Shown here: piece after piece, positions 26,763 through 36,095 of the stretch | How the letters are laid out: each line of letters opens with the position of its first letter | Position numbering within the stretch: the stretch's first letter is position 1 | Assembly (NCBI GenBank): GCA_009694745.1 | Contig: SHUF01000001.1 | Location: 12,914 to 76,913, forward strand | DNA: 64,000 bases | Origin: Acidobacteriota bacterium | GTDB lineage: Bacteria; Acidobacteriota; Vicinamibacteria; Vicinamibacterales; SCN-69-37 | Direction of reading: 5' to 3' | Translations under genes and position numbers: made by a program | The notes under the pieces: model-generated | The model's database searches: none | The model's input: only the letters and a program-made list of their open reading frames with translations | Told to the model about the DNA's origin: nothing

Positions 26763-27916
26763 TAGACGCCGTGGTCGTCGCCGCCGCACGCACCCCGATC
26801 GGGCGGGCCCCCAAAGGCATGTTCCGCACCACCCGGCCCGATGATCTCGCGGCGCTGGTACTGGCGGAAGTGTTGCGCCGTGTCCCGAATCTCGACCCCG
26901 CCGAAGTGGAGGATGTGATCCTCGGCTGCGCGATGCCGGAAGCCGAGCAGGGCTTGAACGTGGCACGCATCGCCAGCCTGCGCGCGGGTGTGCCGGTCTC
27001 GGCGTCAGCCATGACCGTGAACCGATTCTGCGCGTCGGGACTGGAGGCCATCGCCCAGGCGGCCGGACGAATCATGGTGGGCGCCGCCGACGTCATCATC
27101 GCAGGCGGCACCGAGTCCATGAGCCTTGTGCCGATGGGCGGCCACAAGGTGGCGCCGAACCCGACGCTCGTGCGCGACTACCCTGACGTCTATCTCAGCA
27201 CGGGGCTGGTGGCCGAGAACCACGCGCGCGAGAGCCAGATCACGCGTGAAGCGCAGGATGCGTTTGCGCTGCAGAGCCACACGCGTGCGATCGCGGCCAT
27301 TGACGCGGGCCGCTTCACCGACGAGATCGTTCCCGTGGACATCCACACGCTCACCGGGATAGTGACAATGGGGGTTGATGAGGGACCGCGACGGGATACA
27401 TCACTCGCCGCTCTGGCCGGGCTTCGACCAGCGTTCCACGTGCAGGGCACGGTCACCGCCGGCAATTCGTCGCAGACGAGCGACGCGGCAGCCGCGGTCA
27501 TTGTCATGAGTGCGGCCCGTGCACAGGCGCTCGGGTTGACGCCGCTGGCGAGATTCGTGGGTTACGCCACCGCCGGCGTGAAGCCGGAGATGTTCGGCAT
27601 TGGCCCTGTGCCGGCCATCCGCAAAGTACTGTCGCGGAGCGGGCTCACGCTTGAGGCGATGGACCTGGTGGAACTCAACGAAGCCTTTGCGGCGCAGGTG
27701 CTGGCGTGCACGCAGGTGCTGCCGATCGATCCTGAGCGCCTGAATGTCAACGGCGGGGCCATCGCGCTCGGTCATCCTCTGGGCTGCACAGGCGCGCGCC
27801 TGACTACGTCGCTCTTGTTCGAGCTGCGCCGGCGGCAGGGCCGGTACGGCCTGGTCACCATGTGTATGGGCGGCGGAATGGGCGCCGCCGCCATCTTCGA
27901 ACGTCTTTCTGCCTGA
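26759..27916 (+). CDS. fadA: Acetyl-CoA C-acyltransferase (3-ketoacyl-CoA thiolase)
   Basis: 385 aa. Active-site region [13 protein letters not shown]-terminal [18 protein letters not shown] and [13 protein letters not shown]. Confidence 0.9.
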   Translation: MIDAVVVAAARTPIGRAPKGMFRTTRPDDLAALVLAEVLRRVPNLDPAEVEDVILGCAMPEAEQGLNVARIASLRAGVPVSASAMTVNRFCASGLEAIAQAAGRIMVGAADVIIAGGTESMSLVPMGGHKVAPNPTLVRDYPDVYLSTGLVAENHARESQITREAQDAFALQSHTRAIAAIDAGRFTDEIVPVDIHTLTGIVTMGVDEGPRRDTSLAALAGLRPAFHVQGTVTAGNSSQTSDAAAAVIVMSAARAQALGLTPLARFVGYATAGVKPEMFGIGPVPAIRKVLSRSGLTLEAMDLVELNEAFAAQVLACTQVLPIDPERLNVNGGAIALGHPLGCTGARLTTSLLFELRRRQGRYGLVTMCMGGGMGAAAIFERLSA

Positions 27917-27924
27917 GGCCATCC

Positions 27925-29697
27925 ATGACTACGACATCTGCTCTTCGCCGGGGCGCCGACTGGCTGCTCGACTCCACCTCGCCACAGGACGTGCTGACGC
28001 CGGAACGTATGTCCGACGACCACCGGCTCATGGCCAAAACCGCGGCGGAGTTTGTGGACAAAGAGATTCTGCCGGCCCTCGACCGGCTCGAGCAGAAAGA
28101 CTGGGCGCTGGCCCGAGCGCTGGTCAAACGCGCCGGCGACCTTGGTCTGCTCGGCACGGATGTGCCCGAGGTCTTCGGCGGCATTGGCCTCGACAAGGCT
28201 GCAGCGGTGGTGGTGGGCGAAGGCATGGGCGGCAGCGCGTCGTTCTCCACCACGTTCGGCGCCCAGACGGGCCTGGCGATCATCCCCATCCTGTGTTTCG
28301 GCAGCGAGGCGCAACAGCAAAAGTACCTCCCCGGCATCGTCTCGGGCGACCTGGTGGGCGCCTACTGCCTGAGTGAAGCGGGATCGGGGTCGGATGCACT
28401 GGGGGCGCGGGCGAAAGCCGTCCGCCAGCCCGATGGGTCGTGGGTGCTCAACGGCGAGAAGATGTGGATCACCAACGGCGGGTTCGCCGATCTCTACATC
28501 GTGTTTGCCAAGGTGGATGGCGAGCACTTCTCCGCGTTCATCGTGGAACGCTCTTTTCCCGGCGTGCTGCCCGGCAAGGAAGAACACAAGATGGGCCTGC
28601 ACGGCTCGTCCACGGCGCCCTTGGTGCTGCAGGACGCGCGCGTCCCGGCAGAGAACCTGCTCGGCGAAGTCGGCAAGGGTCACAAGATCGCATTCAACGT
28701 GCTCAACTACGGGCGGCTGAAACTGGCCGGCATGTGCAGCGGCGGGGCGAAGTTTGTGATGCGCGAGGCCACGACCTACGCCACGACGCGACGCCAGTTC
28801 GGACAACCCATCGCGTCGTTTGGCGCCATTCGCCACAAACTGGCCGAGATGACGGCCCGGGCATACGGCGTGGAGAGCATGCTGTATCGCACGACGGGTC
28901 TCATCGACGAGATGATCGCGCGCGGGGGCCACACACCGGCCGCGGCGCTGGCCGCGCTCGAGGAGTTTGCGATCGAGGCGTCGCTCCTGAAAGTGTCCAG
29001 CAGCGAGATGCTCGACTTCGTCCTGGATGAAAACGTGCAGATTCATGGCGGCAACGGATTCGTGAAGGACTACCCGGCTGAGCGGCACTATCGCGACGCG
29101 CGGGTGAACCGGATTTTCGAAGGGACCAACGAGATCAATCGGCTCCTGGTGCCGGGCATGCTCATCAAACGCGCGCTCAAAGGCGGCGTGCCCATCATTG
29201 CGGCGGCCAAGCGATTGCAGGATGAGCTGCTCACGCCCCAGACCGGCGCGGCCACGAGCGGCACCGCGCCCGCCGACCTGATCGCGGGGACGGTGGCCGG
29301 CATGAAGAAGACGGCCATCATGGTGCTGGGTCTGGCGATGCAGACCTATGGCGCGGCGCTCGAAGAGCAACAAGAAGTGCTGATGCTGGCCTCGGACATC
29401 ATGATGGACACCTTCATGGCCGAGAGTTCGCTGCTGCGAGCCGCACAATCGGCCGCGTCAGGATCGCCGACGGCCGCGCTTCAGGCCGATGCGGCCGCCG
29501 TGCTCACACATGACGCCGGCTTGCGCGCGGACGCTGCGGCCCGCACGGCCATCCAGGCCATGAGCGGCGGTGACACGCAGCGCACAATGCTCGCGGCGCT
29601 GCGGCGACTGCTGAAGGTCACGCCGGTGGACACGATTGCTGCGCGCCGCCTCCTTGCCGACGCGATCGTCGCCCGGAAAGGCTACATCTTTGCGTAG
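27925..29697 (+). CDS. Acyl-CoA dehydrogenase (long form)
   Basis: ATG at 27925 (MTTTSALRRGADWLL). The listed 27862 start overlaps the thiolase gene. ACAD motifs YCLSEAGSGSDA and IHGGNGFVKDYPAERHYRDARV. Confidence 0.85.
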   Translation: MTTTSALRRGADWLLDSTSPQDVLTPERMSDDHRLMAKTAAEFVDKEILPALDRLEQKDWALARALVKRAGDLGLLGTDVPEVFGGIGLDKAAAVVVGEGMGGSASFSTTFGAQTGLAIIPILCFGSEAQQQKYLPGIVSGDLVGAYCLSEAGSGSDALGARAKAVRQPDGSWVLNGEKMWITNGGFADLYIVFAKVDGEHFSAFIVERSFPGVLPGKEEHKMGLHGSSTAPLVLQDARVPAENLLGEVGKGHKIAFNVLNYGRLKLAGMCSGGAKFVMREATTYATTRRQFGQPIASFGAIRHKLAEMTARAYGVESMLYRTTGLIDEMIARGGHTPAAALAALEEFAIEASLLKVSSSEMLDFVLDENVQIHGGNGFVKDYPAERHYRDARVNRIFEGTNEINRLLVPGMLIKRALKGGVPIIAAAKRLQDELLTPQTGAATSGTAPADLIAGTVAGMKKTAIMVLGLAMQTYGAALEEQQEVLMLASDIMMDTFMAESSLLRAAQSAASGSPTAALQADAAAVLTHDAGLRADAAARTAIQAMSGGDTQRTMLAALRRLLKVTPVDTIAARRLLADAIVARKGYIFA

Positions 29698-29703
29698 ATG
29701 GTG

Positions 29704-29803
29704 GCCTCGGCCTTGAGGAACAGGCCGAGCTACGTACAGAGATGACGTAGCTCGGGCTGTTCCCCAAGCCCGAGTACGTAGCTCGGGTTCTCAAGCCCGA
29801 GGG
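29704..29803. repeat. REP-like palindromic element array, locus B (three units)
   Basis: GCCTCGGCCTTGAGGAACAGGCCGAGCTACGTAC (29704-29737), then two inverted variants GACGTAGCTCGGGCTGTTCCCCAAGCCCGAG and GTACGTAGCTCGGGTTCTCAAGCCCGAGGG. Confidence 0.9.
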
Positions 29804-29821
29804 ACGCGGTAGAATTGTCAT

Positions 29822-30445
29822 GTGCGTCGCCTCATCCTTTTCGCCTTGACCGCAGCGGCCACGCTGGCCGCCTGCACCTCCGGCCCGCAACCCATCGAAG
29901 ACGGGTCGAATGATCAAGGCATCCTCGCGTGGCGGGCCAGCAAAGATGCGATGTTCAAGTCGGGCGCGGACTCGCCGTTGCTGCCGGCCGGCCAGGCCGC
30001 ATTCACCGGACTGCCCTACTACCCGATTGATGCCGCCTATCAGATGCCGGCGGTGCTGAAAGAAAACCGATCGCCACGACTCATCATCGAATTGCCGACC
30101 TCCACCACGGAACTGCGGCGGATGCAGCGCGTGGGGACGCTGACCTTCACACTGAAGGGCACCACCCTGACGCTGACCGCGTTCGCCGACGAGGACGCGC
30201 GCACGATCACGCGGCTGTTTGTGCCGTTCGGCGACCTGACCAGCGGCACGGAAACGTACGCGGGCGGCCGGTACCTGGAGCTCGATCGCACATCGACGAC
30301 GCTGTACGATTTGGACTTCAATCGCGCGTATCACCCGTTCTGTGTGTTCAACCCGTCATACGTCTGTCCGGTGCCTCCACGGGAGAATCGCCTGGCCGTG
30401 GCCATCCAGGCCGGCGAACGCCTGCCCAGCACCGCGGGCCGTTGA
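29822..30445 (+). CDS. DUF1684 domain-containing lipoprotein
   Basis: GTG start. Lipobox TLAAC. GTETYAGGRYLELD and FNRAYHPFCVFNPSYVCPVPPRENRL match the DUF1684 signature. Confidence 0.75.
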   Translation: MRRLILFALTAAATLAACTSGPQPIEDGSNDQGILAWRASKDAMFKSGADSPLLPAGQAAFTGLPYYPIDAAYQMPAVLKENRSPRLIIELPTSTTELRRMQRVGTLTFTLKGTTLTLTAFADEDARTITRLFVPFGDLTSGTETYAGGRYLELDRTSTTLYDLDFNRAYHPFCVFNPSYVCPVPPRENRLAVAIQAGERLPSTAGR

Positions 30446-30530
30446 GGGGCTGGCGGTAGCAGTACCAACCTTAAGCCGGTGGTCGCAGGTTCGAGTCCTG
30501 CCGGGCGCACCAACGCGCTTTGCGCGTTGG
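30446..30530 (+). pseudogene. tRNA-like 3' remnant (T-arm, acceptor 3' strand, CCA) followed by a 9-bp hairpin; no complete cloverleaf
   Basis: GCAGG-TTCGAGT-CCTGC T-arm (30485-30501), then CGGGCGC-A-CCA (30502-30512). No complementary GCGCCCG 5' strand upstream. The anticodon-arm equivalent ACCAA-CCTTAAG-CCGGT pairs only 3 bp. Hairpin CCAACGCGC-TTT-GCGCGTTGG at 30510-30530. Confidence 0.55.
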
Positions 30531-30549
30531 CCGCGCGCCAGATCATTCA

Positions 30550-30671
30550 GGAATTCGGAATTCCTCTCCGAATCCCAGCGCGTCTCGACCCGTCAGGACC
30601 CGTCAGTTTCGGCATGGCACCCGTTTCAGGGCATTCAGCGGGTGTCGGCCTGGCACCTGGCATGGCACCCG
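30550..30671. repeat. Block of short direct repeats in non-coding DNA
   Basis: GGAATTC x2 (30550-30563). CCCGTCAG x2 at 10-nt period (30589-30606). 13-mer GGCATGGCACCCG x2 (30611-30623 and 30659-30671), plus a third TGGCAC at 30651. Confidence 0.8.
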
Positions 30672-30880
30672 CATTTGTCCCAAGAATGACGCGTACTCCG
30701 GACCAATCGCGACCTGCGGTACTTCCGGCCGGAGGTGTGCGCTTGAGCGCCGCAATGCGAGGCCGTTTGAAGGCAGAGTTCCCGAATTGCGCCTGACCAG
30801 TCGATGGACTACGCTACGTTTGGGGTTTTTGTGCATGATCCGCGCCTGGGTGGTGTGCCCAACGTCTGATAGGGGCCGTT

Positions 30881-31084
30881 ATGTCCAGGAGCCACTTCGT
30901 ACGGACTATCAGCGATCTGTTCCGCGGTGCCGGCATCGGCGCGCACGGGGTCGACACCAACCAGAGCATGGTGCAGGAATGCCACGATCGCGGCCTCACA
31001 GCGGACTGCGACGACGCGGTGGCGTACCTGCAACGGTTCCCGGATGCATCGCCTGCAACAGGTGCCACTGCCGGTCTCGAGTGA
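30881..31084 (+). pseudogene. Fragment of a class I SAM-dependent methyltransferase
   Basis: The 67-aa ORF ...GAHGVDTNQSMVQECHDRGLTADCDDAVAYLQRFPDAS resembles the middle of LPS-cluster methyltransferases. It lacks the GxGxG N-terminus and the C-terminal half. Confidence 0.4.
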
Positions 31085-31198
31085 GGGCATGGATGTGAAC
31101 CCGACGGTGATCGACCTGGTCGATGTCGTCAACGCCAATGCCGACAAACTGAACGCGCGCCGGTTCACGTTCATGGACCATGCGATGGTGGCCCGTCG

Positions 31199-33067
31199 GT
31201 GATGCTGAGCGCCGGCAGGAGGGCACTCTGGCTGTTGGCCCTGGCCCTGCTGGCCCTCATGCAAACGGCCTGGTTCATCTCGAATGTCCCGCTACCCCTG
31301 AAGATTGGCATCGCCGGGCTGTCGGCGATCGCGGTGTTCCGTCCAGGCTGGGCGCTCCTGATTTGGGCGGGCCTGGCGCCGCTGAGCACCTCCATCGCGG
31401 CCCTGGTGGATGACGCGCCCCGTGGGGCGCTGCTCCTCGAAGCGATGACCGTGGGCGTCATCACCGGCGTTGTCGCGCGATACACGACCGGCACGCCGAC
31501 GCGCCTGGCGCTACCGGCCCTTTGGATGGGCGTCGTCGCCATCGCATCGGGCCTGTCGGAACTGCCGGGCCGACTGATCACCACGACTGAGGGCTACTTG
31601 AGCTGCCTGGTAATCGCGCGCCTGTTATTTCAGCCCGCCGTCGATCTGCTCCAGCCGCTCGAACCGTGGTACTTCGCGTTGGTCATCACGAAATGTGCGG
31701 CGCTGGCTTGGACTACCGAGTATCTCTGCCGGCGCGATTCGGACCTGGCCCCGCGAGTCGTGTGGTGTGCGCTCGTGGGTCACGCCGGCGTCGCGGTCCT
31801 CAATGTCACGCGCGTCGTGGGTGCTTCGCTGAGGAGCGGTCAGTTCCCGGAATCATTGCCGGGCCTGCTCCTCAGTGTTCGTACGTCCACGCAATACGAC
31901 GTGAACGCGGCCGGATCGATCCTGGTCATGGTGATTCTTGCCGCGGCCGGTCTGGCCGCCCGGCGCGCGCGTCTTCCGCTGGTCCTGCTCATCGGCGTTG
32001 TGACGACGGCATTGTGGGTGGCGGGATCTCGAGTGGCGATGGCCGCGCTGTTGATTACCCTCACGGGCGTGCTGGCCCTTCGCTCGCGCCGTTCCACGAG
32101 GACGCGGTGGGTCGCAGGCGCCGCCCTGCTAGTCTCCGTCGGAGTCATCGGTTTGCTGGCGATGGGCTATCCCGCGGGACGTAATCTGAACCTGCCCACG
32201 ACCATTGCCAGCCGCGGAATTCTGTTCAAGGCGGCGCTTCGCATGACGGCCCACGCGCCAATCGTGGGGGTTGGCGCCGGGACGTTCCTCGAAGAATCGT
32301 CGAACTATGGCGCCGTGGCTCTGGCGCCGCTCTTGCATCAAAACCCCACTCGAGAGAACGCCCATAACTACTTCCTCCAAACGCTTGCCGAACAAGGTGT
32401 TGTGGGCCTGCTGGCGCTGCTCACGATGCTGGCCGCGGCTCTTGTGCCTGCCCTTCAGACTCCGCAGCGCGAAGCCAGAGGGGGAAATGGCGTGTTGATG
32501 ACGTGGGTCGCTGCGGGCATTGTGGCCTCCATCCTCACGTGGATGACCGGCCACCCCCTGTTGTTGACCGAAGCCGCAATGATGCTCTGGTTGTTCGTCG
32601 GGGTTCTCGCGGGACTGACCGAGCCAAAGCCAGCCGGTCCGGCGCTGCGACGAATCGCCTGCGTCGCCGCCGTCGTCATGATGGCATCCATTCCGTTTCG
32701 CGCGGTCAAAGCGACACGCGAGGCCGACCTCGAACACATCGCCACCGGTGTGTCGCAATGGCAGCCGGCGGTGGATGGCGAGCGCTATCGCGAAGGCGGC
32801 GCTGAGTTTTCGTTGTTCCTGCCATCGCGCGCCACCATGGTGCTGCCGATTCGCAGCGCCACGGGGGCTGCCGTGACCGTCGAATTGCGTATGGATTCGC
32901 GCCCGATCGACGTTGTCGTCGCGCCGCCTGACATGTGGCGTCAATTTCGAATCCAGGTCCCGGAGAGCGAATCGCGTTACGTTAAAGTGGACTTCCGGCT
33001 GATTGATTCGCCACCGTCGTGTCAGGCATGCGTCTGGGTGGGGAAGGCCGTGCCTCTCGTGCGCTAG
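31199..33067 (+). CDS. O-antigen ligase/polymerase family membrane protein (Wzy_C-like)
   Basis: 622 aa, more than 10 TM helices. Signature ENAHNYFLQTLAEQGVVGLLALL. About 130-aa non-membrane C-terminal extension. Confidence 0.75.
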   Translation: MMLSAGRRALWLLALALLALMQTAWFISNVPLPLKIGIAGLSAIAVFRPGWALLIWAGLAPLSTSIAALVDDAPRGALLLEAMTVGVITGVVARYTTGTPTRLALPALWMGVVAIASGLSELPGRLITTTEGYLSCLVIARLLFQPAVDLLQPLEPWYFALVITKCAALAWTTEYLCRRDSDLAPRVVWCALVGHAGVAVLNVTRVVGASLRSGQFPESLPGLLLSVRTSTQYDVNAAGSILVMVILAAAGLAARRARLPLVLLIGVVTTALWVAGSRVAMAALLITLTGVLALRSRRSTRTRWVAGAALLVSVGVIGLLAMGYPAGRNLNLPTTIASRGILFKAALRMTAHAPIVGVGAGTFLEESSNYGAVALAPLLHQNPTRENAHNYFLQTLAEQGVVGLLALLTMLAAALVPALQTPQREARGGNGVLMTWVAAGIVASILTWMTGHPLLLTEAAMMLWLFVGVLAGLTEPKPAGPALRRIACVAAVVMMASIPFRAVKATREADLEHIATGVSQWQPAVDGERYREGGAEFSLFLPSRATMVLPIRSATGAAVTVELRMDSRPIDVVVAPPDMWRQFRIQVPESESRYVKVDFRLIDSPPSCQACVWVGKAVPLVR

Positions 33068-33080
33068 TGCGCGAACTCTC

Positions 33081-33302
33081 ATGAGCAACACGGCGCCCAC
33101 TTCTCTGAGTCCGATAAAGAAATCAAACGCGCGCTACGCCAGGCGAAACAACACGTCGTCGTAGTGTTTGGCAGGAGCCCAGCGTCGACGGCGGGTCTAC
33201 CGCATCACGACGGAGGGGCGCGACGTGCTGGCCGAGCAGCGATCCGGGTGGCAGGCGTTTGTCAAAGCGATCAACCGCGTCTCCGGGAGGGAGCATGCCT
33301 GA
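33081..33302 (+). pseudogene. Decayed PadR-family regulator (C-terminal part only, at least one frameshift)
   Basis: Frame ending at TGA 33300-33302 reads RRRRVYRITTEGRDVLAEQRSGWQAFVKAINRV, a PadR C-terminal helix, after an in-frame TAG near 33158. Weak PadR-like pieces (ALRQAKQH..FGRS) appear upstream in another frame. No wHTH N-terminus. Confidence 0.5.
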
Positions 33303-33765
33303 ATGGCATGCACGTATTCGTGACAAGGTGGCGGCCGCGGGACTGCCTCCGGCCGACGAGGCAGAGGTCGTTGATGAACTCGCACAACATCTCGACGACA
33401 GGTATCGCGATCTGCTCGCCGGCGGCATGGCGCCGGAGGCGGCGGAACGCACCGCGCTGAAAGAAGTGCTCGATCACGCGCACGTGGCCCGCGACCTGCG
33501 CCGCGAACGACGGCGGCTGCGGCCGCGCGTCATCCGTGACGCCGTCCACGAGTGGCGCATCGCGGCGCGCACACTCGCGCGTCACCCACGCTTTGCCATC
33601 GCGGCCATGATCACACTTGGCCTCGGACTCGGCGCGGCCGGCGCCAGTGTGTCGTACGTCGACGTGAAATCGCTCTACGAGCGGTCGACGTTCCGCCCGA
33701 CGCGAACTCTCGTGACTCGCCAGGCTCCAGATTCGCCCGGCAAATCCCGCATGGACCCGCTCTAA
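33295..33765 (+). pseudogene. N-terminal fragment of an ADOP-type (MacB/FtsX-like) permease
   Basis: MPEWHARIRDKVAAAGLPPADEAEVVDELAQHLDDRYRDLL... matches the permease prefix, followed by the first TM (FAIAAMITLGLGLGAAGA). It stops after 156 aa, whereas family members are roughly 800-900 aa. ATGCCTGA overlap with the PadR remnant. Confidence 0.6.
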
Positions 33766-33895
33766 GCCGCGTTTCTGACAGCTTGGGCAACGCCTGACGT
33801 GGGTTCGTCCCTCTGGTGCAACGGGATCCGCGAAACGGCCGTAGTCTGGATTGACCCGTTCTGCCGCGCGGTATAACGTCGTGGGGATCCCTCTC

Positions 33896-36085
33896 ATGCG
33901 AAATAAACTTCTCATCGTGCTGTTCGCGGCGGGCCTTGCGCCCGCCCTGCTGGCGAGTGACTGGCCGGAATCGCGCGGCCCATCCCGTGACGGCACGTCG
34001 CCGGAAACCAACCTCCCCTCGCGATGGTCACCCGCCGGAGAGAACCTGGCCTGGACGCTGCCCTTCGGCGGGCGTTCCACACCGGTCATCCACGGCAACC
34101 GGCTCTACCTGCAAACGACGACCCCCGGGGATACGTCAGTGACGCAAGAGCGCCTGGTGGCCGTGGACGCCAACTCCGGACGAGTGCTCTGGGAGCATCG
34201 CGTTCCGCAGTTCCTGAGCGATGTGCCGCAGAATCGCGCGGCGTGGGCCTCGCCGGCGGTGGATCGCCAGAGCGGCAACATCTACATGTTCACGGTGTCG
34301 GCGGAACTGCTGGCCCTGTCGCCGCAGGGCACGGTCCTCTGGAAGCGGTCGCTGCCCGAAGAGTACGGTGCGATCACCACCCACGGCGGCCGCACGACCT
34401 CCCCGATCATCGAAGGGCAGATGGTGATCCTCAACACCCTGCTGCAGGGGTGGGGCGACCTGGGCCGTCCGGGCAACCGCTACTTCGCCTTCGACAAGAC
34501 CACCGGCCAGACGATCTGGATCAGCGCACCGCAGGCGCGGCACTACGACACGAACTACTCGAGCCCGATCGTGGCCGACGTCAACGGCATGCGCCAGCTC
34601 ATCGTCGGCGGCACCGACGGGGTGTTTCACGGACTCAAGGTGAACACCGGACAGCCGGTGTGGAGCCTGGAAGTAAGTAAACGCGCCATTCTCAACAGCC
34701 CGTTGTTTCGCAACAACACGGTCTACATCGCCCACGGCGAAGAGAACCTCGACACCACTGAGATGGGCATGCTGGCGGCCGTTGACGCCACGGGCAAGGG
34801 TGTGCTGACTGGCGCCGCGATCAAGTGGAAGACCCATGGCTTCATGCCGACGTTTGCATCCCCCGTAATGGATGGCAGCCGGCTCTATGGGATGGACAAC
34901 GGCGCCATTCTCGCGGCGGTCGATCTGACCACGGGTAAAGAACTCTGGAAAAAGACGCTCGGCACTCTGCAGAAAGGATCGCCGACGCTGGCCGACGGCA
35001 AGTTGTACATCGGCACGGAGAACGGCAAGTTCTACATCCTGCGGCCGAGCGCCACGGGCGTCGAGGTGCTTGACGAGGATGTGCTCGGCACGGCGGGAAA
35101 TCCCGAACCCATCCTGGCGTCACCGGCGGTCGCCAACGGCCGCGTGTATGTGACGTCGATGGAGCGCGTGTATGCGATCGGGCCCAAACAGGCCACGGCC
35201 GCAGGTGCGTCACCCGCCGCCGCGAGGCCGGCGGCCTCAACCGCTCCGATTGCCGCCGTGCAGGTATTTCCGTACGAAGCGCTGCTCAACCCGGGTGACA
35301 AACTGGCCTTTGCCGTGCGGCTCTTTGATGCCAACGGTGTGTTCATTCGCAAGGCCAGGGCGGGCGAGGTGCAGTGGACCACTGAGCAGTTGGCCGGAAC
35401 CATTGGCGCCGACGGCGCGTTCGTGGCGCCGGGCGGTGGCGCCGCAGGCTACGTCAAGGCCGCGGTGACCGGCGCGCAAGGCCCGATCACGGGACAGGCG
35501 AGAGTGCGCGTGATTCCACCGCTGCCCTGGTCCTACGACTTCGACGGCCTCAAGGCGACGCCCGCGTGGTGGACGTCGAACATGAAGGCCCTCCCTCGTG
35601 AACTGGATGGCAGCGGGGTGCTGGTGCGGCCGCGCGACGACACCGTGGGCCGGCGCACAAAACTGATGATGGGACGGCCGGAGTGGTCCGACTACACGGT
35701 GGAAGCCGACGTGCGCGGCCTGGTGATGCGAAGACAGCGCGGTGACGTTGGCCTCATCAATCAGCGCTACGTGCTGATGATGTTTGGCAACAACCAGAAG
35801 ATCGAGTTGCAGCCCTGGCAGGCCGCCAACGAAATGACGGTCAGCGTGGAAAAATTCTCGTGGCCGGTGGACACGTGGTACCGGATGAAGCTGCGCGTCG
35901 AAAACCGGGCCGACGGCACCACGCTGGTACAGGGCAAAGTCTGGCCCCGTGGTCAGGCCGAGCCTGCGGCATGGACGATCGAAAAGGTGGACCGCATTCC
36001 GCATCGCTCCGGCGCGCCCGGCCTGTACGGCGACGGCATTTCCGATGTATTTTTCGACAATTTCAAGGTCTACAGGAATCAGTAG
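33896..36085 (+). CDS. Secreted PQQ-like beta-propeller repeat protein with Ig-like and lectin/DUF1080-like C-terminal domains
   Basis: ATG at 33896 gives signal peptide MRNKLLIVLFAAGLAPALLA. Repeated propeller blades (SDWPESRGPSRDG..., G.LYI/V, ..D..TGK..W). C-terminal about 200 aa ...YVLMMFGNNQKIELQPW...FFDNFKVYRNQ. Confidence 0.7.
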   Translation: MRNKLLIVLFAAGLAPALLASDWPESRGPSRDGTSPETNLPSRWSPAGENLAWTLPFGGRSTPVIHGNRLYLQTTTPGDTSVTQERLVAVDANSGRVLWEHRVPQFLSDVPQNRAAWASPAVDRQSGNIYMFTVSAELLALSPQGTVLWKRSLPEEYGAITTHGGRTTSPIIEGQMVILNTLLQGWGDLGRPGNRYFAFDKTTGQTIWISAPQARHYDTNYSSPIVADVNGMRQLIVGGTDGVFHGLKVNTGQPVWSLEVSKRAILNSPLFRNNTVYIAHGEENLDTTEMGMLAAVDATGKGVLTGAAIKWKTHGFMPTFASPVMDGSRLYGMDNGAILAAVDLTTGKELWKKTLGTLQKGSPTLADGKLYIGTENGKFYILRPSATGVEVLDEDVLGTAGNPEPILASPAVANGRVYVTSMERVYAIGPKQATAAGASPAAARPAASTAPIAAVQVFPYEALLNPGDKLAFAVRLFDANGVFIRKARAGEVQWTTEQLAGTIGADGAFVAPGGGAAGYVKAAVTGAQGPITGQARVRVIPPLPWSYDFDGLKATPAWWTSNMKALPRELDGSGVLVRPRDDTVGRRTKLMMGRPEWSDYTVEADVRGLVMRRQRGDVGLINQRYVLMMFGNNQKIELQPWQAANEMTVSVEKFSWPVDTWYRMKLRVENRADGTTLVQGKVWPRGQAEPAAWTIEKVDRIPHRSGAPGLYGDGISDVFFDNFKVYRNQ

Positions 36086-36095
36086 GAATCACGTG

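Noticed and set aside
30611-30680. Three TGGCAC motifs as sigma-54 promoters.
   Set aside because: None has the required GC (TTGC) element 10 nt downstream of the GG. The best candidate reads TGGCAC-CCGCA-TTTG. No intact gene follows.
30446-30900. Possibility that GGGGCTG... plus the T-arm/CCA is a tmRNA (standard or permuted).
   Set aside because: The 3' acceptor strand CGGGCGC is not complementary to GGGGCTG. The T-arm lies only about 40 nt from the putative 5' end. I found no tag-peptide reading frame or downstream GCGCCCG strand.
33851-33877. TTGACC-N15-TATAAC as the promoter of the PQQ-propeller operon. A similar TTGCCA-N16-TAAATA lies at 10246-10273 upstream of vapB.
   Set aside because: These are hexamer matches only. 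The 15-nt spacing is suboptimal, and neither can be supported without transcription-start data.
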